Positions 1 through 8,781 of a DNA stretch of 64,000 nt are shown here, in pieces. The stretch spans positions 176 to 64,175 of the forward strand of contig CAYMNU010000010.1 of the NCBI GenBank assembly GCA_964391885.1, read 5' to 3'. Every line of letters begins with the position of its first letter. Position 1 is the stretch's first letter. This DNA is from an uncultured archaeon (GTDB taxonomy: Archaea; Altiarchaeota; Altiarchaeia; JAFGQM01). Made by a program: the position numbers and the translations under genes. The notes under the pieces are model-generated. The model saw nothing but the letters and a program-made list of their open reading frames with translations, did not search any database and was not told the DNA's origin.

Positions 1-567
1 GGGGCTAACCAGGTTTTCAAAAAATATTCCGAATATTTTAACGAGGGCGAGCTGCTAGTCCTAGAGGGCGCCAACGGATCGGGCAAAACTACCCTGCTCA
101 AGCTTATAATGGGCCTATTGAAAGCTGATTCCGGCATCGTCAACGTGGGTGGCATAGAAAACCCCGGAGTAGAAGAGACTGCAGGAAGCCTGGGTTACGT
201 CTTCCAAAATCCGGACAACCATTTGTTTGCGGAAACAGTGGAGGAAGAAGTGAGATTCATTTTAGAGAATACGAAAAGAAAGGGCGACGTTGACAGAATA
301 TTAAATCGCTTGGGGATTTTACGCTACAAGAAAAAGTACCCCCGATATCTCTCCGGCGGGGAAAAACAGAGGGTGGCGCTGGCGTCAGTGCTAATCGCTG
401 AGCCGAAGGTCCTCCTTCTCGACGAGCCGACCCGGGGCATGGACCATGTCTTGAAGAAAGAGCTGGCAGAATACCTCCTAGACTACACTAAAAAAGGAAA
501 CCTGGTCATAATGGCTACGCACGACGATTACATGTCAAGCTGTGCGACAAGGAGGCTCAAACTATGA
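1..567 (+). CDS. ABC transporter ATP-binding protein, ECF/CbiO-like (5' end outside window)
   Basis: Frame 1 is open from base 1 and reads LVLEGANGSGKTTLLK (Walker A) upstream of the listed 109..567 ORF. Also LSGGEKQRV signature, LLLDEPT Walker B and MATHD H-loop. Stop overlaps the next start (ATGA at 564-567). Confidence 0.85.
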   Translation, partial: GANQVFKKYSEYFNEGELLVLEGANGSGKTTLLKLIMGLLKADSGIVNVGGIENPGVEETAGSLGYVFQNPDNHLFAETVEEEVRFILENTKRKGDVDRILNRLGILRYKKKYPRYLSGGEKQRVALASVLIAEPKVLLLDEPTRGMDHVLKKELAEYLLDYTKKGNLVIMATHDDYMSSCATRRLKL

Positions 568-1298
568 AAAAAAGCGTTTTGGTTTTCGGGATGATAATCG
601 CATTATTCCTTGCCGTGCTGCTGCTTCCTTCAGCGGGCATCTCGCCCGCAAGGCACTGGGCTGCATTCTCCCTTCTATTGGTCTCGCTAGGCATCGTCGC
701 CATGTTCTTTGAGTTCTCAGAGCGCTCCCGCAGCTCTAAAGAAATATCCATGACCGCGATGCTCGCCAGCGTCTCCGCAGTTGCGAGGATACCATTTGCA
801 GCCCTGCCGAGCGTCCAGCCCTCCTCATTTATAATCGCATCAAGCGGCTATGTATTCGGCCCTGTGACAGGCTTCATGGTCGGCGCCATGACACCGCTTA
901 TATCCAATTTTTTCCTGGGCATGGGGCCTTGGACGCTCTTCCAGATGTTTGCATGGGGCATCATGGGAAGCTCTTTTTCACTTTTAGGCGGGCTGCTCAA
1001 AAGGGTTTCCGGTCCCCGGTCTTCGGTCTCGGGTCATGGGACCTTAGGGCGGTTCCGCATGCTTTTCTTAGCGGGCTTCGCATTTGCATGGGGGTATCTC
1101 TTCGGTTTCATAACCAATGTATGGTCCCTGGCAAGCTTCGGCCTGCCCCTCACCCTTGACTCAGTAATCCTTCTCCAGGCGAGCAGCTTTGTCTTCGACA
1201 CCATGCACGGTGCAGGCAACGCCCTTTTCTTCATCTTCTTCGGAAAGAGGGTAATCTCAATCCTTGAGAGGTTCGGGGAGCGATTTTTTAACTCCTGA
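564..1298 (+). CDS. Polytopic membrane protein, possible ECF-transporter substrate (S) component
   Basis: 244 aa with several hydrophobic helices, translationally coupled to the ABC ATPase. ARIPFAALPSVQPSSFIIASSGYVFGPVTGF...GPWTLFQMFAWGIMG resembles ECF S-component cores from memory only. Confidence 0.5.
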   Translation: MKKSVLVFGMIIALFLAVLLLPSAGISPARHWAAFSLLLVSLGIVAMFFEFSERSRSSKEISMTAMLASVSAVARIPFAALPSVQPSSFIIASSGYVFGPVTGFMVGAMTPLISNFFLGMGPWTLFQMFAWGIMGSSFSLLGGLLKRVSGPRSSVSGHGTLGRFRMLFLAGFAFAWGYLFGFITNVWSLASFGLPLTLDSVILLQASSFVFDTMHGAGNALFFIFFGKRVISILERFGERFFNS

Positions 1299-1320
1299 AC
1301 TCAAATAAATTCGCAAAAAC

Positions 1321-1635
1321 ATGGACTCTGGCAAAAAAATAAAACTAATAGGCGCTATCATGGTGCTGGAAGCGGTGCTGTTGGTGGGCATAATATCTTT
1401 TGTGACGGGTATAAACATTGACTTTTCGCCTGAAACCAGCCCCAGTGGTGCAATAGTAGCATCTCGGCTGGACAGGGAATGCAGCCTCAATCTTGTGACT
1501 GAAAATCCAAGTGTCCGGGTAGGGAGAGCTTGGTCCGATTCAAAAAACCAGGTCCTCGCCTACGAAGTCATGATACTTGAAGGCAGCTACGAAGGCGCTA
1601 GCGGCTGGGCCATGGAGTTCATGGTCTCCTGCTGA
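1321..1635 (+). CDS. Hypothetical small protein with N-terminal membrane anchor
   Basis: 104-aa ORF. N-terminus KIKLIGAIMVLEAVLLVGIISFV is a TM/signal anchor. No recognisable family. Confidence 0.4.
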   Translation: MDSGKKIKLIGAIMVLEAVLLVGIISFVTGINIDFSPETSPSGAIVASRLDRECSLNLVTENPSVRVGRAWSDSKNQVLAYEVMILEGSYEGASGWAMEFMVSC

Positions 1636-1733
1636 AGCGGGCAAGGTTTTTAATACTTCTCTTCAAATATCCCGCTATGAATCCTGATATCGCCGAGAAC
1701 TTTTGACTTTGCCAAAGAATTTATTTACTTAAT

Positions 1734-2444
1734 ATGGACTCACAAGACATCAGTAAAAAAGCCGCTGCGGAAAAGGCATGCGGGCTTGTCGAAGACGGCA
1801 TGAAAGTGGGGCTGGGCACCGGCTCAACTGCGGAGTGGGCCATCAAGAGGCTGGGTGAGCGAGTCAGGGAGGAGAAGCTGGACATAGTAGGTGTACCTTC
1901 TTCTATAAGGACAAGAGACCTCGCGAAGATTGTAAAAATACCGATTATACCCTATCATGACTTCATCCACGAGGATATCCATCTGGATATTAACATAGAC
2001 GGCGCCGATAGAATAGACCCGGAATTCAGGCTGATTAAGGGCGGCGGGGGGGCGCATGCAAGGGAAAAGCAGGTCGCCCTGCGCTCGAAGCTTTTTTGCT
2101 GCGTCGCCGACGAGGGCAAGCTCGTGCCAAAACTGATAGGAAGCTTTCCACTTCCCGTTGAGGTGATACCTGATTATTATGTTGGTGCCTGCAGAGAATT
2201 AAGCCAATTTGGGCATGTGAAGCGCAGGGAAACAGAGGGAAAGGTTTTTATAACCGACGGTTCTAACTACGTGGTTGACATTTCTCTGTCCGTCGGCGAG
2301 CCTGATCGGCTTGAAGTCGACATCAACAGGATACCCGGAGTCGTTGACAACGGTTTTTTCACCGTGCAGCGGCCCCAGAAGGTGTTCATCGGCAACCCGG
2401 ACGGCAGTGTAAAGGTCTTGGACGCGAACTTGCATTCGCCATAA
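1734..2444 (+). CDS. rpiA: Ribose-5-phosphate isomerase A
   Basis: GLGTGSTAEWAIKRLG and DGADRIDPEFRLIKGGGGAHAREK motifs; 236 aa. Confidence 0.85.
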   Translation: MDSQDISKKAAAEKACGLVEDGMKVGLGTGSTAEWAIKRLGERVREEKLDIVGVPSSIRTRDLAKIVKIPIIPYHDFIHEDIHLDINIDGADRIDPEFRLIKGGGGAHAREKQVALRSKLFCCVADEGKLVPKLIGSFPLPVEVIPDYYVGACRELSQFGHVKRRETEGKVFITDGSNYVVDISLSVGEPDRLEVDINRIPGVVDNGFFTVQRPQKVFIGNPDGSVKVLDANLHSP

Positions 2445-2494
2445 TAAGCAAATCGCAGTTTCGCAAAAACCTTGTCTCGCTAGCAATAAAAACA

Positions 2495-3028
2495 ATGGCC
2501 GAAGATAAAAAACAGGACGCCAAGAAGCATGACGCTAAAAAGAGCGCAGCCCCGGTTAAGGAAAAGAAGGCCGCTTCCATAGTCAGGGTCCTTGCCACTG
2601 ACATCGACGGCACCAAGACCGTTCTTACAGGAATCTCAAAAGTAAGGGGCGTTGGCAATAACCTCGCCCACGCTATCCTCAAAAAGCTTGCCATTAACCC
2701 CCAAAGCCGTTTAGGCGATATGAGCGATGCGGATATAGAGCGGATAGAGAATGCCATAGGCGACCCGGCTTCCTTAAATATACCTGTATGGATGCTTAAC
2801 CGAAGAAAAGATTTTGAAACTGGCAATAACATTCACCTTAATACCTCAGACCTCAAACTCGCGCAAAAGAATGACATCGACCTCATGGGTGAAGTCAAGT
2901 CTTATAAGGGCCTCAGGCATGCAAGAGGCTTGAAGGTGAGGGGCCAAAGGACTGCATCTACCGGACGGGGCATGAGTGCCGTGGGCGTGCAGAGGAAGAA
3001 GACCCAACAGGCGCAAGCTAAGAAATAA
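2495..3028 (+). CDS. rps13: 30S ribosomal protein uS13 with Lys-rich N-terminal extension
   Basis: VRVLATDIDGTKTVLTGISKVRGVGNNLAHAIL core; position at the head of the S13-S4-S11-RpoD string. Confidence 0.9.
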   Translation: MAEDKKQDAKKHDAKKSAAPVKEKKAASIVRVLATDIDGTKTVLTGISKVRGVGNNLAHAILKKLAINPQSRLGDMSDADIERIENAIGDPASLNIPVWMLNRRKDFETGNNIHLNTSDLKLAQKNDIDLMGEVKSYKGLRHARGLKVRGQRTASTGRGMSAVGVQRKKTQQAQAKK

Positions 3029-3051
3029 CACTCAAATAGAATATTCATAAA

Positions 3052-3747
3052 ATGGGACAGCCAAAAAAGCAGCGAAGGAGGTATAATACACCCGCGCACC
3101 TATTTAAAGGCAGGGAGGGCGAGGCTGAGCTGCGCCAGACATACGGCCTAAAGAACATGAAGGAGGTCTGGAAAGCAAAGAGTGAAGTATCAAGAGTAAG
3201 GGGACTGGCAAGAAAGCTTTTGGCTACGCCCGATCAAAAGGCAGAAACAGAGATTCTTGCTAAGCTGGCGCGCTTGGGCATTCTCGCAAAGGACGCCAAG
3301 CTCGAAGATGTGCTGAATATCAAAGTTGAGGATATCCTGGATAGGCGCCTCCAGACTATCGTTTATAAAAAATCACTGACCACCACAATCAAGCAGGCAA
3401 GACAGGAAATAGTCCATGGCCACATTGCGATTGCAGGGCAAAGGATGAGTGTGCCCGCACATATGGTAAGTCTCGAAGAGGAGGGCATGCTGGAGTTCTA
3501 CCCCGGTTCGCCCATAGCAGATCCCGATCACCCTATTAGAAAGATAGAGAAAAAAGCGTCTACAGAGGGTGCTGAGACTAGAGAGGTCAAGGCGGAGGAT
3601 GTCAAGCCGCCCTCAGAGAGGCCAGAGGAAAAGCCCGCTTCCGAGCCGGCAAAGGATGTAGCAGAACCGGCTCCTGCCGAAACTGCAGCGGCAAAAGAAA
3701 GTACAGAGACTGAACAAATCGTAGAGAAAGAAACACCCTCAGAATAA
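3052..3747 (+). CDS. rps4: 30S ribosomal protein uS4 with about 65-aa acidic/Pro-rich C-terminal tail
   Basis: MGQPKKQRRRYNTPAHLF N-terminus and S4 domain RRLQTIVYKKSLTTTIKQARQEIVHGHIAIAGQRMSVPAHMV. Confidence 0.9.
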   Translation: MGQPKKQRRRYNTPAHLFKGREGEAELRQTYGLKNMKEVWKAKSEVSRVRGLARKLLATPDQKAETEILAKLARLGILAKDAKLEDVLNIKVEDILDRRLQTIVYKKSLTTTIKQARQEIVHGHIAIAGQRMSVPAHMVSLEEEGMLEFYPGSPIADPDHPIRKIEKKASTEGAETREVKAEDVKPPSERPEEKPASEPAKDVAEPAPAETAAAKESTETEQIVEKETPSE

Positions 3748-3748
3748 T

Positions 3749-4390
3749 ATGGCTGCAAAAAAGGAATCTGCGGAAAAGCCCACGAAGGAGAAAAAGGCAA
3801 AGCCTGTTAAGGCAAAGGTGGAAAAGCCCATAGCTCTTGAGGCTGAAGCTCCCACGGCCGAAGCGCCCAAAGCTAAAGCCCCGAAGGCGGATGCAGAAAA
3901 AAAGCCCTCAGAAAACATCAGCAAGAGCCTCGTTGACCAGGTCCGGGAGGGGATAATCGAGGACAAGGAAGACAAAAAGACAGTCCAGTCAGCCCCACGT
4001 AAGTCTGAGGCCATCGCAATAGTCCATGTCCATGCATCAAAGAACAATACAATAGTCACAGTAACTGACCTCTCAGGCGCCGAGACCATCGCCAGGGCGG
4101 CGGGAGGCCAGGTGGCGAAAACAGGCAGGGAAGAAAAGTCCCCCTTTGCAGGCGGGCAGCTGGCAAAAAAGGTTGCCGCCACACTAAAAGACCGCGGTTT
4201 TACCAAGGTCGATGTCTTGTTAAGGGGCAAAGGTGGCCACCGCGGGCAAAAGAGCCCGGGACGGGCCGCGTCCGCAGTCATAAAGATGCTTGCACGTTCT
4301 GGAATCAGGATAAGGAAAATAGAGGATGTGACGCCTATACCTCACGGGGGATGCAAGCCGCCGGGCGGAAAAAGGGGAAGGAGAGTTTAA
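3749..4390 (+). CDS. rps11: 30S ribosomal protein uS11 with about 85-aa K/A/E/P-rich N-terminal extension
   Basis: Core AIVHVHASKNNTIVTVTDLSGAETIA ... GGCKPPGGKRGRRV. No internal Met lies between the ORF start and the core. Confidence 0.9.
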   Translation: MAAKKESAEKPTKEKKAKPVKAKVEKPIALEAEAPTAEAPKAKAPKADAEKKPSENISKSLVDQVREGIIEDKEDKKTVQSAPRKSEAIAIVHVHASKNNTIVTVTDLSGAETIARAAGGQVAKTGREEKSPFAGGQLAKKVAATLKDRGFTKVDVLLRGKGGHRGQKSPGRAASAVIKMLARSGIRIRKIEDVTPIPHGGCKPPGGKRGRRV

Positions 4391-5128
4391 ATGAAGGTTG
4401 AATACAAGCAGAAAGGGGGCCAGAAGGAGAGCTTTGTCGTGTCTGGCATAAACACCAGCATGGCCAACGCCATAAGGCGTGCCGCCATGAGCTATGTGCC
4501 TTCGATGGCAATGGACCGCATAACAGTCTATGAGAACACATCCATACTCTACGAAGAGTTGATTGCGCAAAGGATAGGTTTGATACCACTTTTTACTGAT
4601 CTTAAGAGCTATGCACTACCGGACGAGAAATACAAGCAGGGCGATGCCCGCTATGAATGCTCTTTCATACTCGAAAAGTCGGGTCCATGCACAGTCTACT
4701 CCGGCGACATGAAGCCGAGGGATCCCAAGGTAAAGCCGGTTTTCGACAAGATGCCGATAACCAAGCTCGCCGAGGCCCAAAAGATAAAGATGGAGATGAC
4801 TGCACGATTGGGCTTCATGGGTGAGCATGCAAAGTATCAGCCTTCACTGGCTTCGTACAAGCAGCTTAATGAAAGCGATTTTGAGTTTTTCGTCGAGTCT
4901 TACAATAATCTTTCTGCAAGAGAGATAATGGAAGTTGCACTTAACGGCTTTGAAGAGCGCGTGGCTATGCTTGAAAATGCATTCTTGGAGTCCAAGAAGC
5001 CTATTAAGGCAAAAGAAGCAAAGGCAAAGAAAGCTCCAAAAGCTGTGAAGGAGAAGCCTGCAAAAGCCGAGAAGCCTGCAAAGGCCAAAGCAGAGAAAAA
5101 AGCAAAGCCTGCAAAGGCAAAAAAATAA
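4391..5128 (+). CDS. rpoD: DNA-directed RNA polymerase subunit D (Rpo3) with AKP-like C-terminal tail
   Basis: VSGINTSMANAIRRAAMSYVPSMAMDRITVYENTSILYEELIAQRIGLIPL; synteny after uS11. No four-Cys Fe-S cluster domain is visible. Confidence 0.85.
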   Translation: MKVEYKQKGGQKESFVVSGINTSMANAIRRAAMSYVPSMAMDRITVYENTSILYEELIAQRIGLIPLFTDLKSYALPDEKYKQGDARYECSFILEKSGPCTVYSGDMKPRDPKVKPVFDKMPITKLAEAQKIKMEMTARLGFMGEHAKYQPSLASYKQLNESDFEFFVESYNNLSAREIMEVALNGFEERVAMLENAFLESKKPIKAKEAKAKKAPKAVKEKPAKAEKPAKAKAEKKAKPAKAKK

Positions 5129-5225
5129 CATTCAACGGCATTGCTGTCTTACGGCAGCTATGCCTTCACCAAGGGGCGGGTCGATTCTGGCAAAACCGGA
5201 AAGCGCGCACCGCAATGGCAGTTAT

Positions 5226-5308
5226 GCGGGGGTGCCGGAGTGGTCAAACGGGCACGGTTGAGGGCCGTGTGGCTTAGGCCTACGCGAGTTCGAACCTCGT
5301 CCCCCGCA
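5226..5308 (+). tRNA. tRNA-Leu (anticodon GAG)
   Basis: Hand-folded cloverleaf. Acceptor GCGGGGG/CCCCCGC, anticodon stem CACGG/CCGTG with loop TTGAGGG, long variable arm, T-arm GCGAG-TTCGAAC-CTCGT, discriminator A. Confidence 0.85.
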
Positions 5309-5372
5309 TTAGGTTTATCAGGAGATTCGAACTCTCCAAATATGCGAGTTCAATCCCTGCTATTATCATATA

Positions 5373-5729
5373 ATGGAAGGAATAAAGTACGAGGACCAGA
5401 ATCGTCTGGGCCTTATAGAGTTCCTCAAGAAGGAGGGAAGCAAGCAGCCCATCTGGGCTCGCCTAGCTGTGGATTTGTCCAAGAGCAGAAAGAATCGCTC
5501 TGAAGTGAACCTGGACAAGATAAACACTTTTACAAAACCCAAGGACACTGTCGTCGTGGCAGGTAAGGTGCTTGCGAATGGCGAGCTCGACCACGAAGTG
5601 ATAATCGCCTGCTTCAAGGCCTCGGAAGGCGCAAAAGAAAAGATAGAAGCTGCAAAAGGCAGTCTCATAACTATCAAAGAACTTGCGGAAAAAAATCCGA
5701 AGGGTTCAAGGGTCATAATACTAAAATGA
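5373..5729 (+). CDS. rpl18e: 50S ribosomal protein L18e (eL18)
   Basis: 118 aa; ...KNRSEVNLDKINTFTKPKDTVVVAGKVLANGELDHEVII... typical of L18e; conserved position before uL13. Confidence 0.85.
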   Translation: MEGIKYEDQNRLGLIEFLKKEGSKQPIWARLAVDLSKSRKNRSEVNLDKINTFTKPKDTVVVAGKVLANGELDHEVIIACFKASEGAKEKIEAAKGSLITIKELAEKNPKGSRVIILK

Positions 5730-6187
5730 GCGAAAAGATTGTCATTGATGCCGAAGGGTGCACGATGGGGCGGCTTGCCGCATATTCGGCAAAGGCCGCT
5801 CTCGGCGGCAAGAATGTCGTGATTTTCAATGCTGAAAAGGCTGTAATATCTGGCAAGGAAAGCGAAATATTCCCTAGGTACAAAAGGCGATACGACGCCA
5901 AAAGCAATACGAATCCCAGGCGCTACGGCCCTAAAAGGCCAAAGAACCCTGACCGTCTTTTAAGAAGGGTTATAAGAGGCATGTTGCCCTGGTCCAATAC
6001 CCGCGGCCGCGAGGCATTTAAAAAAGTTATGGTTTACATCGGCCGACCGGAGGCAGAGATAAAGAAAAAAGAAGGCATAGAGCTTTCAAAGGCCGTGCTT
6101 TTTGACAATGCAGTATTTAAGAAGCATTATGATTATTTCATCACACTTGGCGACTTGTGCGCATACCTAGGAGGCAGAAATGAGTAG
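5726..6187 (+). CDS. rpl13: 50S ribosomal protein uL13
   Basis: IDAEGCTMGRLAAYSAKAALGGKNVVIFNAEKAVISG; ATGA overlap with L18e. Confidence 0.9.
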   Translation: MSEKIVIDAEGCTMGRLAAYSAKAALGGKNVVIFNAEKAVISGKESEIFPRYKRRYDAKSNTNPRRYGPKRPKNPDRLLRRVIRGMLPWSNTRGREAFKKVMVYIGRPEAEIKKKEGIELSKAVLFDNAVFKKHYDYFITLGDLCAYLGGRNE

Positions 6188-6611
6188 CAAAAACACAATC
6201 CATGAAGCTGGGAAGAGGAAAACAGCCTATGCCAGGGCTACTCTAAAGGAAGGCAAGGGCGAGATTAGGATCAATTCGGTACCGCTTGGTGTTTACGGAG
6301 ACAAGCTTGGCCAGCTAAGGATACGTGAGCCCATCATGATTGCCAAGAAGTTTGTCGACATCGACAAGCTGGACATAAGCGTTAATGTAAAGGGCGGCGG
6401 CTCAAGCGGCCAGTTGGATGCTATACGGACCGCAATCACAAGGGCACTTATAAGCTATGCGGCAAAAAATAAGAAGGGCGACGCATTAAGGGCTGCAATA
6501 GTGGCTTATGACAGATCACTCATTGCAGGCGACTCAAGAAGAACCGAGCCTCACAAGCCATCAAAAAGCTCAAAAGGCCCACGGGCCAGAAGGCAGAAGT
6601 CATACAGATAA
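6180..6611 (+). CDS. rps9: 30S ribosomal protein uS9
   Basis: [19 protein letters not shown] and C-terminal ...RRQKSYR. Confidence 0.9.
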   Translation: MSSKNTIHEAGKRKTAYARATLKEGKGEIRINSVPLGVYGDKLGQLRIREPIMIAKKFVDIDKLDISVNVKGGGSSGQLDAIRTAITRALISYAAKNKKGDALRAAIVAYDRSLIAGDSRRTEPHKPSKSSKGPRARRQKSYR

Positions 6612-6613
6612 AA

Positions 6614-6808
6614 ATGATAATACCGATAAGGTGTTTTACATGCGGAAAGCCGATAGGGCATCTATGGGAGGAGTATAAGTCAAGGCTTGACAAAGGAGAA
6701 AATGCAGGCAAAATTATGGACTCCCTGGGCCTAGAGCGATACTGCTGCAGGAGGATGCTCCTGACTCACGCAGACCTCATGGATGACCTTCTGCTCTACA
6801 CCAGATAA
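6614..6808 (+). CDS. rpoN: DNA-directed RNA polymerase subunit N (Rpo10)
   Basis: [15 protein letters not shown]...YCCRRML zinc motif; 64 aa. Confidence 0.9.
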   Translation: MIIPIRCFTCGKPIGHLWEEYKSRLDKGENAGKIMDSLGLERYCCRRMLLTHADLMDDLLLYTR

Positions 6809-6825
6809 GCCAGAAGGCCATTCTC

Positions 6826-6900
6826 GGGACCGTAGGGTAGCCAGGTTTATCCTCTCGGCTCGGGGAGCCGGTGACCGGAGTTCGAATCTCCGCGGTCCCA
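6826..6900 (+). tRNA. tRNA-Pro (anticodon GGG by standard numbering)
   Basis: Acceptor GGGACCG/CGGTCCC, D-arm GGGT..ATCC, anticodon stem TCGGC/GCCGG with loop TCGGGGA, T-arm CGGAG-TTCGAAT-CTCCG, discriminator A. The loop places C rather than U at position 33 (see findings). Confidence 0.8.
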
Positions 6901-6924
6901 TTCATTTTCAATCAGGAAACAAAA

Positions 6925-7098
6925 ATGGAAACGTTGAACAAGTACGAAACGGCAAGAATCATAGGGGCAAGAGCCCTTCAGATTTCGCTAGGGGCGCCTG
7001 TGTTGTTAGACGTTCCAAAATCAATGATGGATCCGCTCAAGATAGCTAGGTTCGAGCTGAGCAAAGATGCTATACCCATAGCGGTAAAGAGAGAGTAA
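6925..7098 (+). CDS. rpoK: DNA-directed RNA polymerase subunit K (Rpo6)
   Basis: [28 protein letters not shown]. The listed ORF start at 6871 overlaps tRNA-Pro, so the ATG at 6925 is preferred. Confidence 0.85.
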   Translation: METLNKYETARIIGARALQISLGAPVLLDVPKSMMDPLKIARFELSKDAIPIAVKRE

Positions 7099-7100
7099 AA

Positions 7101-7904
7101 ATGGCAGTAAAAAAGGCTATGGAAAAAGAAGAAGCAGTCGAGAAGAAAGAACTAGCTGCTGAGGAAGTTGAAATCATCGAGAAGCCTGAAGTGCAGGAAG
7201 AGGAAGATATTCCGGATGAGGCCAAGGAATACATAGCATCCACAGAAGGCAGGAAGCTGCTTACCGAGCCAGAGACCTACCTTAAGAACGGCACGCATAT
7301 AGGCCTTACCTATCGCACAGGCAACATGCGCAAATTCATATATACGATTCGTGATGACAAGTTGAGTATTTTCAGCCTTAATTCAATCGACGAGCGGATA
7401 AGGAAAGCGGCCAAGATGCTTGCAAGATACGACAAGGATGACATTTTGGTAGTGGGTTCCAGGGCATATGCAAAGAGGCCCGTAAGGAAGTTCGCTGAGA
7501 ATGCGGGCTTGAAGTTCGTGTCCGGGAGATTCAGGCCGGGCTCTTTCACAAACCCGCAGGAAGGCAATTTCCGCGAGCCTAAAATAGTCATGGTTGCAGA
7601 TCCCATTGCAGACAAGCAGGCAGTAAGGGAGTCTGCAAGAGTTGGCATTCCGATGATAGGCGTATGCGACTCGAATGCGCTCACGAGGAACCTCGACCTT
7701 ATAATACCGCTTAACAATAAGGGCAAGCAATCTATAGCCCTTATATTCAGGCTGCTCACAAAGCAATATTTGGTGGAGCGAGGCGAGATGAAGGAATCCG
7801 ACGAGCTCAAAGACACGCTCGAAGACTATATCTCCCAGATACAGCCGACGAAACGAATAGAAACGCTCATAAAATCCAAAAAGAGGGAAAAGTTTAAAAC
7901 ATGA
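7101..7904 (+). CDS. rps2: 30S ribosomal protein uS2 with acidic N-terminal extension
   Basis: GTHIGLTYRTGNMRKFIY and VADPIADKQAVRESARVGIPMIGVCDSN. Confidence 0.9.
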   Translation: MAVKKAMEKEEAVEKKELAAEEVEIIEKPEVQEEEDIPDEAKEYIASTEGRKLLTEPETYLKNGTHIGLTYRTGNMRKFIYTIRDDKLSIFSLNSIDERIRKAAKMLARYDKDDILVVGSRAYAKRPVRKFAENAGLKFVSGRFRPGSFTNPQEGNFREPKIVMVADPIADKQAVRESARVGIPMIGVCDSNALTRNLDLIIPLNNKGKQSIALIFRLLTKQYLVERGEMKESDELKDTLEDYISQIQPTKRIETLIKSKKREKFKT

Positions 7905-8743
7905 GCATAAGAAGCCCTGCAGTCGCCGGGGCATTCTATCCTTTTTCTAAAGAAGAAGCCCTTGGCCAACTTGAAGCCTTATTCCAATATTGGGGCATCG
8001 GTATTGAAAGCTTAGGTGATGATAGTTGCGCGGGCTGCAAAGGCCTGGTTGTCCCCCATGCAGGGTGGGCATACTCGGGCTATGTGGCAGCCAAGGCATA
8101 CGCAGAGCTTCCCTCTGTTGATACAATCATCCTCATGGGCCCTAATCATTATGGCGTTGGTCCGGATTTCTCGGTTTCATCCTCCGATTGGGCAACACCA
8201 TTAGGCAGAGTAAATACGGATAAAGGGCTCGTTGAAGCGATTTGCAACAGCTCCATTGCAGAAGCCGATGACCTCGCCCATCAAAAAGAGCATTCAATAG
8301 AAGTCCAGCTGCCATTTCTGCAGCTGGCGCTAAACCGTTTTGAGATAGTGCCCATTTCCATTAAAAACTATGCCGCTGACGAGGCCTTCCTGAGCGTATG
8401 CAAGGACTTTGGCAGGGATCTTGCATCATGTATAAACGACTGCGGCAAAAAGGTTCTCGTAGTCGCATCCACGGATTTCAGCCACTATGTGCCGCAAGAG
8501 GTCGCTGAATCCCATGATTCCCTCGCTATTGAGGCGATCTGTAAAATGGATGAAGATGCGCTATTCAATGCGATTTCCGAGAAGGGCATCTCTATGTGCG
8601 GATATGCGGGGGTGGCGTCATGCCTCAGCGCATGCAGGGCATTGGGGGCGAAAAAAGGGGAAAAGCTAGCCTATATGACGTCAGGCGAAACAGGCGGCGA
8701 CAGCGAGGCAGTTGTAGGCTACGGCGCTATTCGGATTTTATAA
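7901..8743 (+). CDS. MEMO1-family protein (AmmeMemoRadiSam system protein B-like)
   Basis: PAVAGAFYP, VVPHAGWAYSG, GPNHYG and STDFSHY motifs; ATGA overlap with rps2. Confidence 0.8.
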   Translation: MSIRSPAVAGAFYPFSKEEALGQLEALFQYWGIGIESLGDDSCAGCKGLVVPHAGWAYSGYVAAKAYAELPSVDTIILMGPNHYGVGPDFSVSSSDWATPLGRVNTDKGLVEAICNSSIAEADDLAHQKEHSIEVQLPFLQLALNRFEIVPISIKNYAADEAFLSVCKDFGRDLASCINDCGKKVLVVASTDFSHYVPQEVAESHDSLAIEAICKMDEDALFNAISEKGISMCGYAGVASCLSACRALGAKKGEKLAYMTSGETGGDSEAVVGYGAIRIL

Positions 8744-8781
8744 GGGCAATCTTCAAATTAAGCAAACATAAGAGGCCTAAA

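Noticed and set aside
3739-4281. 180-aa minus-strand ORF, plus similar long antisense ORFs at 2386..2832, 7310..7934, 30620..31135, 35057..35680, 43120..43722, 45498..46019 and 47791..48627
   Set aside because: All lie antisense to confidently identified conserved genes (uS11, uS13, uS2, PolD, aroB', M42, DRTGG, acd). They have Ser/Pro/Leu/Ala-rich shadow-frame composition and no start-site signals.
5141-5503. 120-aa plus-strand ORF spanning the rpoD-rpl18e spacer
   Set aside because: It runs straight through tRNA-Leu (5226-5308) and into rpl18e in another frame. Its composition is Arg/Gly/Ser-rich noise.
6783-7049. 88-aa ORF, and the 6871 start of the rpoK ORF
   Set aside because: Both overlap tRNA-Pro (6826-6900). 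The conserved RpoK sequence begins at the ATG at 6925.
8596-8781. N-terminal 62 codons of the 8596..9180 ORF
   Set aside because: This stretch overlaps the 3' end of the Memo gene in another frame and is Arg/Gly-rich junk. An internal ATG at 8782 follows the Memo stop.
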